A stretch of DNA of 64,000 bases, taken from NCBI GenBank assembly GCA_963749495.1, contig CAVVMW010000014.1, positions 320,001 through 384,000 of the forward strand, read 5' to 3'. The stretch's first letter is position 1; each line of letters opens with the position of its first letter. Below, one piece after another: positions 1 through 10,297 of the stretch. The notes beneath the pieces are model-generated. The model made no database searches and was not told where the DNA came from. It worked only from the letters and a program-made list of their open reading frames with translations. The position numbers were made by a program, and so were the translations under genes. This DNA is from an uncultured bacterium. GTDB taxonomy: Bacteria; Verrucomicrobiota; Verrucomicrobiia; Limisphaerales; UBA8199.

Positions 1-1222
1 TCACCATCGTCGAATACCAGGACCTGCGCGGCGGCGAAGGCGTGGACCTCCAGGCCACCGTCCTCTACCGCGACAGCAGCACCATCGCCGGCGACGGCTT
101 GGTCCGGCGCATTATCGAGTCGGTCCTGCTGCCCGCCCTGGGCCAGGACCTGGCCCAGGAAGAGCGGCAGAGCTTTGCGGCGCTGCTCTCACGCCAAAAA
201 GGCGAAGACCGCGCCCGCTGGAACCGCATCACGCGCCAGGTCTTCGTCCCGATCGTCCACGGCTGGCTCGCCGCCGCGGCGCGCGAAGATGCCTCGACCC
301 AACCCACGCCCACGCCCCGGGCGCTGCGAGTGAACCTGCACTTGATCGAGGAATTCAATGCCCTTTGCCGAAACGCCGGCGTCCCCGGCCCGGTGCTGGA
401 CGCAGACACCGCCCTGCTCTACCCCCAGGAACAGTTGGCCCAGTGCATCCGCGAGAACTTCACCGGGCTGTTCTGCTCGTTGGCCAAGGTGGTTGAGGCC
501 TTCGATTGCGACCTGGTCCTGGTGAGCGGCAAGCCGTCCGAGCTGGCGGCCCTGCGCAACCTGCTCCGCGCCCAACTGCCGTTGCTGCCCCAGCGCATCC
601 GCTTCACCAAGGACGCCTTTATCGGCCAATGGTACCCCTGAGTGTCCAGGGCCGCATCCACGACGCCAAGACTGTCACCGTCGCCGGCGCCGCCCTCTAC
701 CAGGCGATCAAGCGGGGCTTGATGGGACCCGGCTGGCACATCACACGCAAGGTCTCGCCACACCTGCTCACCCGCAATTATTGGGGCACCATGCCAAAGG
801 GCGCGCAGACCCGCTTCGGCACCCTCCTGCTCGGCCCCAACGAGGACCGCAAAGAATGCCGGCTCCAGATCGGCGACCGCCTGGGCCGGCGCATGTTGCC
901 CGCCGACACGCGTCCCGAGCCGGTCTATATCATCCAATGGCGCGACCGCAACCGCTACCGCAGCGGCGGCGACCCCGTCAACGCCCTCCTGGAACTGACC
1001 CTCCAACGCGTTGGCCCCGCCCCCTCGCAGGCCGATGCCGGCGAACAAGTGCCCCAGGCGGAGTCCCTCCGCATCAACGCCGTCAACGGCCTCTGGAACG
1101 GCCAGCCCGTCACCCTCAATGACGTCGAACTGGCCCTGTGTACACTCGAAACCGAAAGCCACTGGCTGGATGCGGGGACGTTCCAGGTGGCCTGGCCGGA
1201 AGGAGTTGGTGGCCGATGTTGA
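1..1222 (+). CDS. srfB: SrfB-like virulence factor family protein (actin-like/Hsp70-type fold), 5'-truncated by window edge, frameshift at ~638
   Basis: Motifs 'IAGDGLVRRII', 'CDLVLVSGKPSEL', 'GQWYP' then, after a frame change in the CCCC run at 635-638, 'LSVQGRIHDAKTVTVAGAALY'. These match the recalled SrfB pattern (AGDD..., CDVLLLTGRPSRL, WYPF..GRI.NPK.T..VGAM). Confidence 0.75.
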
Positions 1223-1236
1223 ACGGCAGTTATCAA

Positions 1237-1326
1237 GCGTCGCTACGCGACGCAGGACATTCCCCTCGCTCCCACCACCGTGGACTCAAAGTCCACGGCT
1301 ACCATCACAGCGTCGCTACGCGACGC
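1237..1326. repeat. REP-like palindrome family B (GCGTCGCTACGCGACGC / CCGTGGAC-N5-GTCCACGG)
   Basis: Hairpin units at 1237-1253, 1278-1298 and 1310-1326; the same units recur at ~26092-26420 and ~33883-34073. Confidence 0.85.
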
Positions 1327-1355
1327 GCTCGCAACAAACTACTGCCCTGCGCAAC

Positions 1356-2340
1356 ATGAACCCCTGGGATAAGACTCCAAGGACTGCTCCTCCGGCAACG
1401 ACACCCGCGGCGCCGCCCGGCCCTGCCGCAGCCCCAGCCCAACCCGGCGGCCCTGGCCCCGAGACCTCGGAACCGCCGCGCATCGAAACCAACCGGCTCA
1501 ACGCCCAGACCATCGAGCTCGTCGCCCAGGCCAATGAAGCGCGCGCGCGCCAACTCCGGGAACTCGAGGAGATAGCCGCCTGGCTGCAACGCGGCCTTGT
1601 GGCGGAAGCGGCGCGCCTCAAGCAACTCGACGAGCAATTGGGCGCCCGCGAGGCGAAGGTCCTGGACTCCGAACGCCTCTTCCAGGAAGGCGCAGAACTG
1701 AACCGCCGCGCTGAATCCCTCGCGGCCGAGAACCGCCGCGCCCTCATGGAGGCCCAGGCCCGCAGGGACGAGGCCCAAGAGGCCGAACGCCGCGCCCGGC
1801 AAGAGCAACAGACCGGCCAGGAGGCCGCCCTCGAGCAACTCCAGGCCGAAAGCGCCAAGGTCGAGGCCGCCCGCGCCCAGACCCTGGCCGCCCGCCAGGA
1901 GACCCAGCGCCTGCGCGAAGACGCCGAAAAGCTCCAAGCCCAGTTCTGGCCCGCGGCCCTTCGCCCCGAGGGCTGGCGCTCCTGGCGTGAGCGGCTCCTC
2001 CCCCGGGCCGCCGCTGAACCTCGAGCCGCCCTCCTCCTGGCCCGCCTCCACACCGCCGCCGCTCTCGAACGCGCCGCCCGCACCCCCGCCCTGGAACTGC
2101 TCCGCGACATCGGCGAGTCGGTCTATGAAACCTGCCCCGAGGACGCCGAGAAGCTCGCCCAGGCCCTCACCCAGGCTGCCGCCGGCCGCTTCGAGATCAA
2201 GACCGTGCGCGTCGGCGACCGCATCGAACCGCAGGTTCATGCAACCCGCCGCCGCCGGCTCGGCCGAAGTCCGCGCCGTCTCCGGTTGGGCCGTCCGCGA
2301 CGCCGCCGGCAAATGGCAATTCCTGGCCGCGGTCAGTTGA
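1356..2340 (+). CDS. Coiled-coil protein with Pro/Ala-rich N-terminus and possible GrpE-like C-terminal domain; frameshift at ~2230
   Basis: ATG 1356 (MNPWDK); long Glu/Ala/Arg-rich heptad region; coding-like sequence continues after a frame change as RFMQP...VSGWAVRDAAGKWQFLAAVS* to TGA 2340. Confidence 0.7.
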
Positions 2341-2451
2341 GGCGTTGTCAACTACGGATGAACACGGAGGAACACGGATTCGCAGCGGAGCCCAAACGGC
2401 ACATTGGCCCGAACCGTCGTGTCGTGCGCCCGGAATCTGCCGGGCGAACCG

Positions 2452-2721
2452 GGGTGCGATTGAAAGCGTCGAGCATGCGCCTGGGGAGTTTTGTCCCGGA
2501 GGGACATCTGACAATAGCCCGGCGTTTCAACGCCGGGCAGGCCGCAAAATGGACCCTCGTCCCGAAGGGACGATTGAGTACACTCCCTGCTTTCAACCGT
2601 CCCTTCGGGACGGACCTGCTCCCGGGGTCCCCTCACCCGGCGTTGAAACGCCGGGCCATTGTCGGAAGCCCCTTCGGGGCAAAAAGGCGCTGTGGGCTGA
2701 CCGAGAGTCTTAATCGCACCC
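2452..2721. mobile_element. ~270 bp MITE-like element (family C), copy 1
   Basis: Terminal inverted repeats GGGTGCGATT(G)AAA...TCTTAATCGCACCC; internal palindromes CCCGGCGTTTCAACGCCGGG and GTCCCGAAGGGAC; closely similar copy at 32057-32327. Confidence 0.85.
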
Positions 2722-2769
2722 GGACAATCTATCGAGCCTTGCTCCTTCAGGCTCCAGCCTTTCCCCACG

Positions 2770-3981
2770 ATGCCTCTTGAGCCCACCCAAACCGGCCTGC
2801 TGGCCCGCGCTGGTGAATACGAACCGTTGCGGGCATTCAGCCAAGGCGGCCGCTACTGGGACCGCGTCCCGCAGCAACTGATTCGCGAGGGCGGGCTGGC
2901 GGAGTTCCTGCCCCCGGTCGAGGTGGAGGAGGACGATGCCGGCAAGTATGGGCGGTTCCATCATGATAAGGGGCGCAGAGAGCTGCTCTGCCGCAGCAAA
3001 CCACTCGGGCGCCGGGCCGTCCCGGCGGCCCAGCTCCAGCGCCTGAGACAGGCCCTGGAGGGCTTCCGGCTCAAAGCCAACACCCAGGGCGCTCAGCCTC
3101 AGAACCGCGAGTTGATCGAGCGGTTCAGGCTGCCGGACATCGCCCAGGACGCCGAGCTCTACCGCCTGGCCGGGCCCTGGTGGGATCGCCACCTCCAGAT
3201 CCTTTGGGGCTGCGAGCGCACCGTGGGTTCCTCCCTGCCCGCTGGCGTTGCGGTTGGAAAACTCCAGGCCGCCCGGTTCTATGGCCTGCGCCGCGCGCTG
3301 CTCGCGTTGCTCTTGCTCCTGTTGCTGCTGGCGCCCGCCTGGTGGCTCTGCCAAACCGCGTCACGGTTCCTCGGCCGCTCCCCTGGCCAGGCCAACCAGG
3401 CTGAGGCCGACCGCAAAGCGACCGAGGCCGGCAAGGCCCAAGCCGCAGCCGACAAGGCCCAACACGATGCGCACCGCGCCCAGGCCGCCGCCGAGAAAGC
3501 CAAAGCCGATGCCGCGGCCGCCAAAAATGCCGCGCTCCAGGCCAAAGCGGCCAGCGACGCCGCCCGCCAGGCTCCCAAGGACACTGCCGTCTCGCTCCCT
3601 CTGCCGGGTCTGCCCTCAAACTCGATTCCTTTGCCGGCGCCCGGCGCGTCTGCCCCCGCCGCAACGGACGGCAGGGTCGCTTATGAGATCGTCCTCTCCG
3701 CCCAGGGGCAACCGGAGGCCGATGGCACCGTCAATGTCACACTCGAAGTCCGTGCCGACGCCAATCCGCCCCACGCCGTTCCGGTCGAGACCTGGCGCGT
3801 CGAAAACCAGAGCCTCTCCTCACAAGACCGACTCCAGGTCAGAATGAAACCCGGCAACCATGCCGTGCGGGCCGTTGTCCGCGACCCTGCCGGCAAACCA
3901 AGCGAGATCTCCGCCACCGTCACCGTCGAGCCCGGCCGAGTGATCACCGTGCCAGGCAAGGTCAGCGTGCGACCGAGGTGA
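2770..3981 (+). CDS. SrfA-like membrane-anchored protein (N-terminal SrfA-like domain, TM helix, Ala-rich coiled coil, C-terminal Ig/PKD-like beta domain)
   Basis: N-terminal domain ends 'LYRLAG..HLQILWGCE', similar to the SrfA 'VYLVDG.PVLTFWGF' pattern; hydrophobic LLALLLLLLLLAPAWWL; two genes from srfB on the same strand. Confidence 0.55.
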   Translation: MPLEPTQTGLLARAGEYEPLRAFSQGGRYWDRVPQQLIREGGLAEFLPPVEVEEDDAGKYGRFHHDKGRRELLCRSKPLGRRAVPAAQLQRLRQALEGFRLKANTQGAQPQNRELIERFRLPDIAQDAELYRLAGPWWDRHLQILWGCERTVGSSLPAGVAVGKLQAARFYGLRRALLALLLLLLLLAPAWWLCQTASRFLGRSPGQANQAEADRKATEAGKAQAAADKAQHDAHRAQAAAEKAKADAAAAKNAALQAKAASDAARQAPKDTAVSLPLPGLPSNSIPLPAPGASAPAATDGRVAYEIVLSAQGQPEADGTVNVTLEVRADANPPHAVPVETWRVENQSLSSQDRLQVRMKPGNHAVRAVVRDPAGKPSEISATVTVEPGRVITVPGKVSVRPR

Positions 3982-3987
3982 GGCATT

Positions 3988-4053
3988 GAAATCCGAAACC
4001 CGAAATCCGAAATCCGAAACAAATTCAAAATTCAAATGAGCAATGTTCAAAAA
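3988..4053. repeat. AATCCGA heptamer array
   Basis: gaaatccgaaacccgaaatccgaaatccgaaac; related units at 47042-47146 and 51812-51918. Confidence 0.8.
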
Positions 4054-4250
4054 CCCGACGGCGCCATCCGCTTCGGGCGCTTGAAGCTGGAGCTTTAGAT
4101 TGGGTGGGTGAATTAATGCTTCAGCGCGCTGGCCAGGACCAAAAGGCCGAAAAGGAAGGTGCCGAGGGCCAACAGCGCGATCAGGAAGAGGATGATGCGA
4201 TGTGCCGGCCGCATAGATTTATCGAAATCACAAGCTGGGAACCTGCTCCG

Positions 4251-4296
4251 CATTCGTCATTCGTCATTCGTCATTCGTCATTCGTCATTCGTCATT
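4251..4296. repeat. TCGTCAT heptamer tandem array
   Basis: About 6 units; further arrays at 8408, 10246, 14784, 14930, 22928, 33726, 33832, 60096 and 60202. Confidence 0.95.
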
Positions 4297-4301
4297 GCGC
4301 C

Positions 4302-5202
4302 CTACCTGTATTTCAGGCTCGCCACCCATCCCCAACCCATGCCCAGCGCCAGGCCCGCCGCATGAGCCGCATTGGCGACCGGACCGAGGATGCCCGAGAC
4401 ACAGGCCACGAACCAGATGATCATCATCGTGACGGTCGTGGGATGCACATACAGCCCTGAACCGGGATCCAGCTTGCCCCGGATCCAGACATAGCCCAGC
4501 AGGCCATAAACCACGCCTGACATCCCCCCGAATCCCGGGCCATTCCAATCAGTACTGCGCCAGGTTCGAGCACACGCCCAACACGAGCACCAGGAGCGCC
4601 AAGCGCCACGTGCTTTGCCGCCCCTCGATCATGCCGCCCAAATCGCGCAGCCAGAGCATGTTGAAAACAAGGTGCATCAGCCCAAAATGAATGAAGATCG
4701 GCGTCAGCAGCCGCCAGATCTGGCCGTGCAGGACCTCGGGCAGTCCCAAGGCCGAGCCTGAGGGGTCCGGACCAGGCGGGAGCAGACTGATGAACAAGCT
4801 CTGAAGCCGTTCGCGGTCGTTGCCGAAATTCGAGAGGATGCAGATGACCACACTGACGGCGATCAGCGCGTAAGTCAGGACCCCGAACCCGTAGTCCCTG
4901 AGCGGCCGGAACAGGTGGCGCCGGTCGCGCACCCGCTTTTGGTAGGCCGCTTGGCCCTCGGCCAGCTTGGCCCGCATCCCGGCGGCCGCCTTGGCCTGCG
5001 ACTGGAACTGAGCGCCGGCCGGGTCCTGGCGAAAGGCCGCGATGAGCGTCGAGGCCTGTGCGAGCTTGTCTTCCTCCGCTATCCAGACCGCCCACCCACT
5101 GCCCTCCTCGAATTCAACCTGGTTCTCGATGCCCTGCACAAACAGGAAATCCGCGAATGTGCGCGCATACGATTCGCTTCCCAGGTGGCCTATGACTCGC
5201 AT
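4302..5202 (-). CDS. Rhomboid family intramembrane serine protease (GlpG-like), frameshift at ~4549
   Basis: WRLLTPIFIHFGLMHLVFNMLWL, GGMSGVVYGL (catalytic Ser), ANAAHAAG (catalytic His); GlpG-type N-terminal domain. Confidence 0.9.
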
Positions 5203-5266
5203 ACCGCACAACCTATCGGCAAAATCGCGGGCGTAAACAGGAAAGAGTGCTACATTCCAAACAGTT

Positions 5267-5563
5267 ATGCACTCGCAACTTGTCTTGTGGACATACATTG
5301 GGCTACTGGTTGTTGGCGGTTTGATCGGCTACTTCAAGGCCAAGAGCCCGGTCTCGCTTATCATGTCGGTCGTGTTTGCCGTTGCGCTGGCCCTATGCGC
5401 GGCGGGCGTCATTCCTCAGGCGATCGTGGCGGACCTGCTCCTGGGCGCGCTGATCCTGGTATTCGTGATGCGCCTGGCCAAGACCCGGAAGTTCATGCCG
5501 GCCGGCTTGATGCTCGTTTTGACTGCCGCGGCCCTTCTCCTGGTAATCGCGCAGACGCCATGA
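5267..5563 (+). CDS. TMEM14 family small membrane protein
   Basis: GLLVVGGLIGYFKAKSPVSLI and TRKFMPAGLM, typical TMEM14 motifs. Confidence 0.85.
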   Translation: MHSQLVLWTYIGLLVVGGLIGYFKAKSPVSLIMSVVFAVALALCAAGVIPQAIVADLLLGALILVFVMRLAKTRKFMPAGLMLVLTAAALLLVIAQTP

Positions 5564-8391
5564 GGGTTTTGCACACAGACGACGTGGCCCAGGGGCTGCC
5601 GGGCGCGGCCAATGCGGCCTACGTCGAGGGTCTCTATGAGGACTACCTCCGCGACCCGGCGTCGGTGCCGTCGGACTGGCAGGGGTATTTTGGGGACCTG
5701 GCCGTCAACGAACTGCGGTTTCCCAAACCGCGTTTCGGTCCGTCGTTCCGGCCCTCGAGCATCTTCAATCCGCCCGCCTCGGCGCGCGACCGGGGTTCGA
5801 GCCGGCTGGCCGACCCCGGAGGTGGCGGCGATGCAGGACCGGGTGTATCTGCTGACGAGGCTCTACCGGGTGCGCGGCCACCGCATCGCCCGCGTGGACC
5901 CGCTGGGGATGCCGCAACCGATCCCGCCCGAACTCAAACCGGAGTTCTTCGGTTTCACCGAGGCGGACCTGGACATGCCGGTGTATAGCGAGACCTTTCA
6001 GTATGAGGGGCCGCTGCTGACGCTGGGCCAGTTGCTCCAACGGCTGCGCAACACCTACTGCCGTTCGATCGGGGTGCAGTACATGCACATTGACGACCTG
6101 AGCGTGCGCCGCTGGCTCCAGCGCCGCATGGAGACGACCGAGAACCGCCTCCAACTCACCCGCTCCGAACAATTGCGCATCCTCACCCGCCTGACCGATG
6201 CCGTCACCTTCGAGGAGTTCATCCGCAAGAAGTTCGTCGGCGCAAAGACCTTTTCGCTGGACGGCTCCGAGAGTCTGATCCCGCTGCTGGACCTGGCGAT
6301 CGAGAAGGCGGGGGCGCACGGCATCCGCGAGATTGTGCTGGGCATGGCGCATCGCGGCCGCCTCAACGTCCTGGCCAACATCATGGGCAAGAGCGCCCGC
6401 CAGATCTTCCGCGAATACGCCGACGCGGACTGGAGGACCTCGACGGGCCGCGGCGACGTGAAATATCACCTGGGCCACAGCACCGACTGGCTGACAGCCC
6501 GGGGCCAGAAGGTCCATCTCTCGCTTTGTTTCAACCCCAGCCACCTTGAATTCGTCAACCCGGTCGTCCTGGGCCGCATCCGCGCCAAGCAGGACCGGGT
6601 CGACGACACCGAGCGTGTGCGCGGCATGGCCCTGCTCATCCATGGCGACGCGGCGTTTGCCGGCGAGGGGGTGGTGCAGGAAACGTTGAACCTGAGCCAG
6701 TTGCCCGCTTACAGCGTGGGCGGCACCCTCCACGTGGTGGTCAACAATCAGATCGGGTTCACCACCAAGCCCGGCCAGGCCCGCTCCAGCGTCTATGCGA
6801 CCGACGTCGCCAAGATGCTCCAAATCCCGATCTTGCACGTCAATGGCGAGGACCCCGAGGCCGTGGCCCAAGTCATCGACCTGGCCATGGATTTCCGCCG
6901 CGAGTTCAAAAGCGACGTCGTCATCAGCATGTACGGCTACCGCCGCCTGGGCCACAACGAGGGCGACGAACCCTCCTTTACCCAGCCCGTGCTCTACCGT
7001 GCGATTGCCAAGCGCGAGTCCGTGCTCGAGGGCTACCTGGAGCACCTGCTCAAGCTGGGCGGGGTGACCCGCGAGGAGGCCGATGCCCTGGCCGCCCGCC
7101 GCCGCGAGTTGCTCGACAAGGAGTTGTCCGAGTCCCAGTCCGGCAAGCCCGGGCCGGCCCCGACCAACCCCGTGGCGTTTGGAGCGGGTTTCAGGGCGGT
7201 CCGGAGCCTGCGGGCCAGGAAGTGCCGACGGGTGTTGCGCGCGAGCGGCTTGCCGCATGGCTGGAGGCGCAAACCAGGTTCCCCGAGGGGTTTCATCCCC
7301 ACCCCAAGATCAAGAAGCTGCTGGAGGGGCGGCAGCAGATGGCGGGCGGCCAATTGCCGCTGGATTGGTCGGCGGCGGAATCGCTGGCGTTTGCCAGCGC
7401 AGCGTGCGAGGGCTACCCGGTGCGGCTCACCGGCCAGGACTCCGAACGGGGCACGTTCAGCCAGCGCCACGCGGTGCTGCACGATTCGCAGGACGGCCAT
7501 GAGTGGGCGCCGCTCCAGCACCTGGCCCCGGACCAGGCCCCCGTGGAGATCTATAACAGTCCCCTCTCGGAGACCGGCGTGCTGGGCTTCGAGTACGGCT
7601 ACAGCCTGGACCGGCCCGACGGCCTGGTGTTATGGGAGGCGCAGTTCGGCGATTTCTGGAACGTGGCGCAGCCGATCGTGGACCAGTTCATTGCCAGCGC
7701 CGAGGAGAAATGGCAGCGGCTCAGCGGGCTGGTCCTGCTCCTGCCCCATGGCTTCGAGGGCCAGGGACCCGAGCACTCCAGCGCCCGCCTGGAACGCTTC
7801 CTGATGCTGGGCGTGGACGACAACATCCAGGTGGTCTATCCGAGCACGCCTGCGCAGTATTTTCATTGCCTGCGGCGCCAGGTCCTTCGCCCGTGGCGCA
7901 AACCGCTCATCATCATGACCCCCAAGAGCCTCCTGCGCCATCCCAAGGCCGTCTCGACTCTGGACGAGCTGGCCGAGGGCGGGTTCCAGCGAATCCTGCC
8001 CGACCCTGCGCCCAACCCGGCCGGTTCCATCCAGCGCATCCTGCTGTGCGCCGGCAAGATTTATTATGAACTGGAGGCCCACCGCCAAGAGGCCGCCCGC
8101 GCCGATGTCGCCATCCTCCGCCTGGAGCAGCTCCATCCCTTGCGTTGCGATCTGCTCGAGCAGACGCTCTGCGCCTACCCGAACGGCACGCCAGTCTTTT
8201 GGGTGCAGGAGGAGCCTCAAAACATGGGCCCCTGGACTTTCATGCGGATCTCGCTGGGCCAAACCCTCTTCGGGCGCTTTCCCCTGGCAGGCATCACCCG
8301 CGCCCCCTCGGCCTCGCCCGCCGCAGGCTCGGCCCGCCGCCACAAACAGGAACAGGCCGACATCCTCGCCCGCGCCTTCGGCGAGAAATGA
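5560..8391 (+). CDS. sucA: 2-oxoglutarate dehydrogenase E1 (frameshifts at ~5815 and ~7170)
   Basis: [67 protein letters not shown] overlaps the TMEM14 stop. Confidence 0.95.
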
Positions 8392-8452
8392 TGGTTCCTC
8401 GTTCCCTATTCGTCATTCGTCATTCGTCATTCGTCATTGACCCTAAACAACT

Positions 8453-9730
8453 ATGTCAATCGAACTCAGAATCCCCGCTCTCGGAGAATCCATCACCGAG
8501 GTGGAAATTGGCGACTGGCTCAAACGCCAGGGCGAGAGCGTCCGTAAAGACGAGCCTGTGGTCGTGCTCGAGAGCGAGAAGGCGACAGTCGAGTTGCCGG
8601 CGCCGGAGAGCGGGAGCCTGTCGCGGCTTCTCAAGCAGAAGGGCGACACGGCGAAAGTGGGGGAAGTCATCGGCTACCTGGATTCGGCGGACAAGGCCGG
8701 GCAACCTCAGGCCGCCCCGGGCCCAGGCGAGGTCAAGCCGGCCCCGGCGGGCGGTCCGGCCGCGCCGAAGCCCGCCGGCGCCCAACCGATCGTGATGCCG
8801 GCGGCCCAGCGCGCCCTGGCCGAGCGGGGCCTGCGCGCGGACCAGGTCGAGGCCACCGGTCCGGGCGGGCGCCTGCTCAAGGAGGACGTGCTGCGATACG
8901 TCGAGCAATCCCGGGGACAACCACCGGCGGCGGCCCCCGAACCGAGCGCGCCCCCGCCGCCTGGGCCGACGCCAATCAGCCAGATGGTCATCCCGCACGC
9001 GGCCGCGCCCAGGACCCCGCCTGCGCCTGCGCGCGAGGAAGAAACCGTGCCCATGAGCCGGTTGCGCCGCACCATCGCCGAACGCCTGGTCGAGGCCCAA
9101 AACACCGCCGCCCTGCTCACGACCTTCAACGAAATCAACATGTCCACCGTCATCGCCTTGCGCAAGCAATACGGCGATGCCTTCCAGAGCAAATACAACG
9201 TGAAGCTGGGTTTCATGTCCTTCTTCGTCAAGGCCTGCGTGGACGCCCTTAAACTGTATCCGGTCCTCAATGCCGAGGTGCGCGCCACCAATATCGTCTA
9301 TCACAACTTCTACGACATCGGCGTTGCGGTCGGCAGCGGCAAAGGACTGGTCGTGCCGGTCCTGCGCAATGCCGAGCGCTCCAGCTTCGCCGAGCTGGAG
9401 CTGGCCATCGCGGATTTCGCCCGCCGGGCGCGCGAAAACAAACTCAAGCTCGACGAACTGCAGGGCGGCACCTTCACCATCAGCAACGGCGGAGTGTACG
9501 GCTCGATGCTCTCGACCCCCATCATCAATCCCCCCCAGAGCGGCGTCCTGGGCATGCACGCCATCCAGGAGCGCCCGGTCGCCCGCGAGGGCGGCGTTGT
9601 CGTTCGCCCCATGATGTACGTCGCCCTCACCTACGACCACCGCATCGTCGATGGCCGCGAGGCCGTCTCGTTCCTCAGGCACATCAAGGACGTCATCGAG
9701 ACCCCCACCCGGATGCTGATGGAGATTTGA
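8453..9730 (+). CDS. sucB: Dihydrolipoyllysine-residue succinyltransferase (ODH E2)
   Basis: Lipoyl domain LESEKATVEL, E3-binding GPGGRLLKEDV, catalytic DHRIVDG. Confidence 0.97.
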   Translation: MSIELRIPALGESITEVEIGDWLKRQGESVRKDEPVVVLESEKATVELPAPESGSLSRLLKQKGDTAKVGEVIGYLDSADKAGQPQAAPGPGEVKPAPAGGPAAPKPAGAQPIVMPAAQRALAERGLRADQVEATGPGGRLLKEDVLRYVEQSRGQPPAAAPEPSAPPPPGPTPISQMVIPHAAAPRTPPAPAREEETVPMSRLRRTIAERLVEAQNTAALLTTFNEINMSTVIALRKQYGDAFQSKYNVKLGFMSFFVKACVDALKLYPVLNAEVRATNIVYHNFYDIGVAVGSGKGLVVPVLRNAERSSFAELELAIADFARRARENKLKLDELQGGTFTISNGGVYGSMLSTPIINPPQSGVLGMHAIQERPVAREGGVVVRPMMYVALTYDHRIVDGREAVSFLRHIKDVIETPTRMLMEI

Positions 9731-9779
9731 GACTGGCTTGACCCTGCCACGCGGCAAGGTAAGCTCCGGGGACTGAGAT

Positions 9780-10235
9780 ATGCCAAAGAAACAAGCGATC
9801 AAGCTTTCGGGCTCACTCCCTTCGCTCTCGCCAATTTGGTTGGCGAGGGCTTCGAGAAAGAAACACGTGATCAAGCCTTCAGGGTCACCCGCCGCCGTCG
9901 GGCCCTACAACCACGGGGTGCGCGTGGGCCACCTGCTCTTTTGCGCGGGCCAAATCCCGATCGAGCCGGCCACCGGCAATCTTGTGGCGGGCGACATCAA
10001 GGTCCAAACCGAGCGGGCGCTCGAGAACATCAAGGCGATCCTCGAAGATCAGAACCTGAGCTTCGCCAACGTGGTCAAGAGCACGGTCTTCCTCACCGAC
10101 CTGGCTGATTTCGCCGGGATGAACGAGGTGTATGCGAAGTACTTCACGGCGGAGTTCCCCGCCCGCTCGACAGTCCAGGTGGCCGCGCTCCCCAAGGGCG
10201 CCGCGGTCGAGATCGAGGTCATTGCGCACTGTTGA
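9780..10235 (+). CDS. RidA/YjgF/UK114 family enamine deaminase with duplicated N-terminus
   Basis: VGPYNHG, AGQIP, VVKSTVFL, FPARSTVQVAALPKGAAVEIE. Confidence 0.93.
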   Translation: MPKKQAIKLSGSLPSLSPIWLARASRKKHVIKPSGSPAAVGPYNHGVRVGHLLFCAGQIPIEPATGNLVAGDIKVQTERALENIKAILEDQNLSFANVVKSTVFLTDLADFAGMNEVYAKYFTAEFPARSTVQVAALPKGAAVEIEVIAHC

Positions 10236-10297
10236 GGCGCAGCCCTTCGTCATTCGTCATTCGTCATTCGCCATTCGTCATTGCCGCCCCCCTCCCC

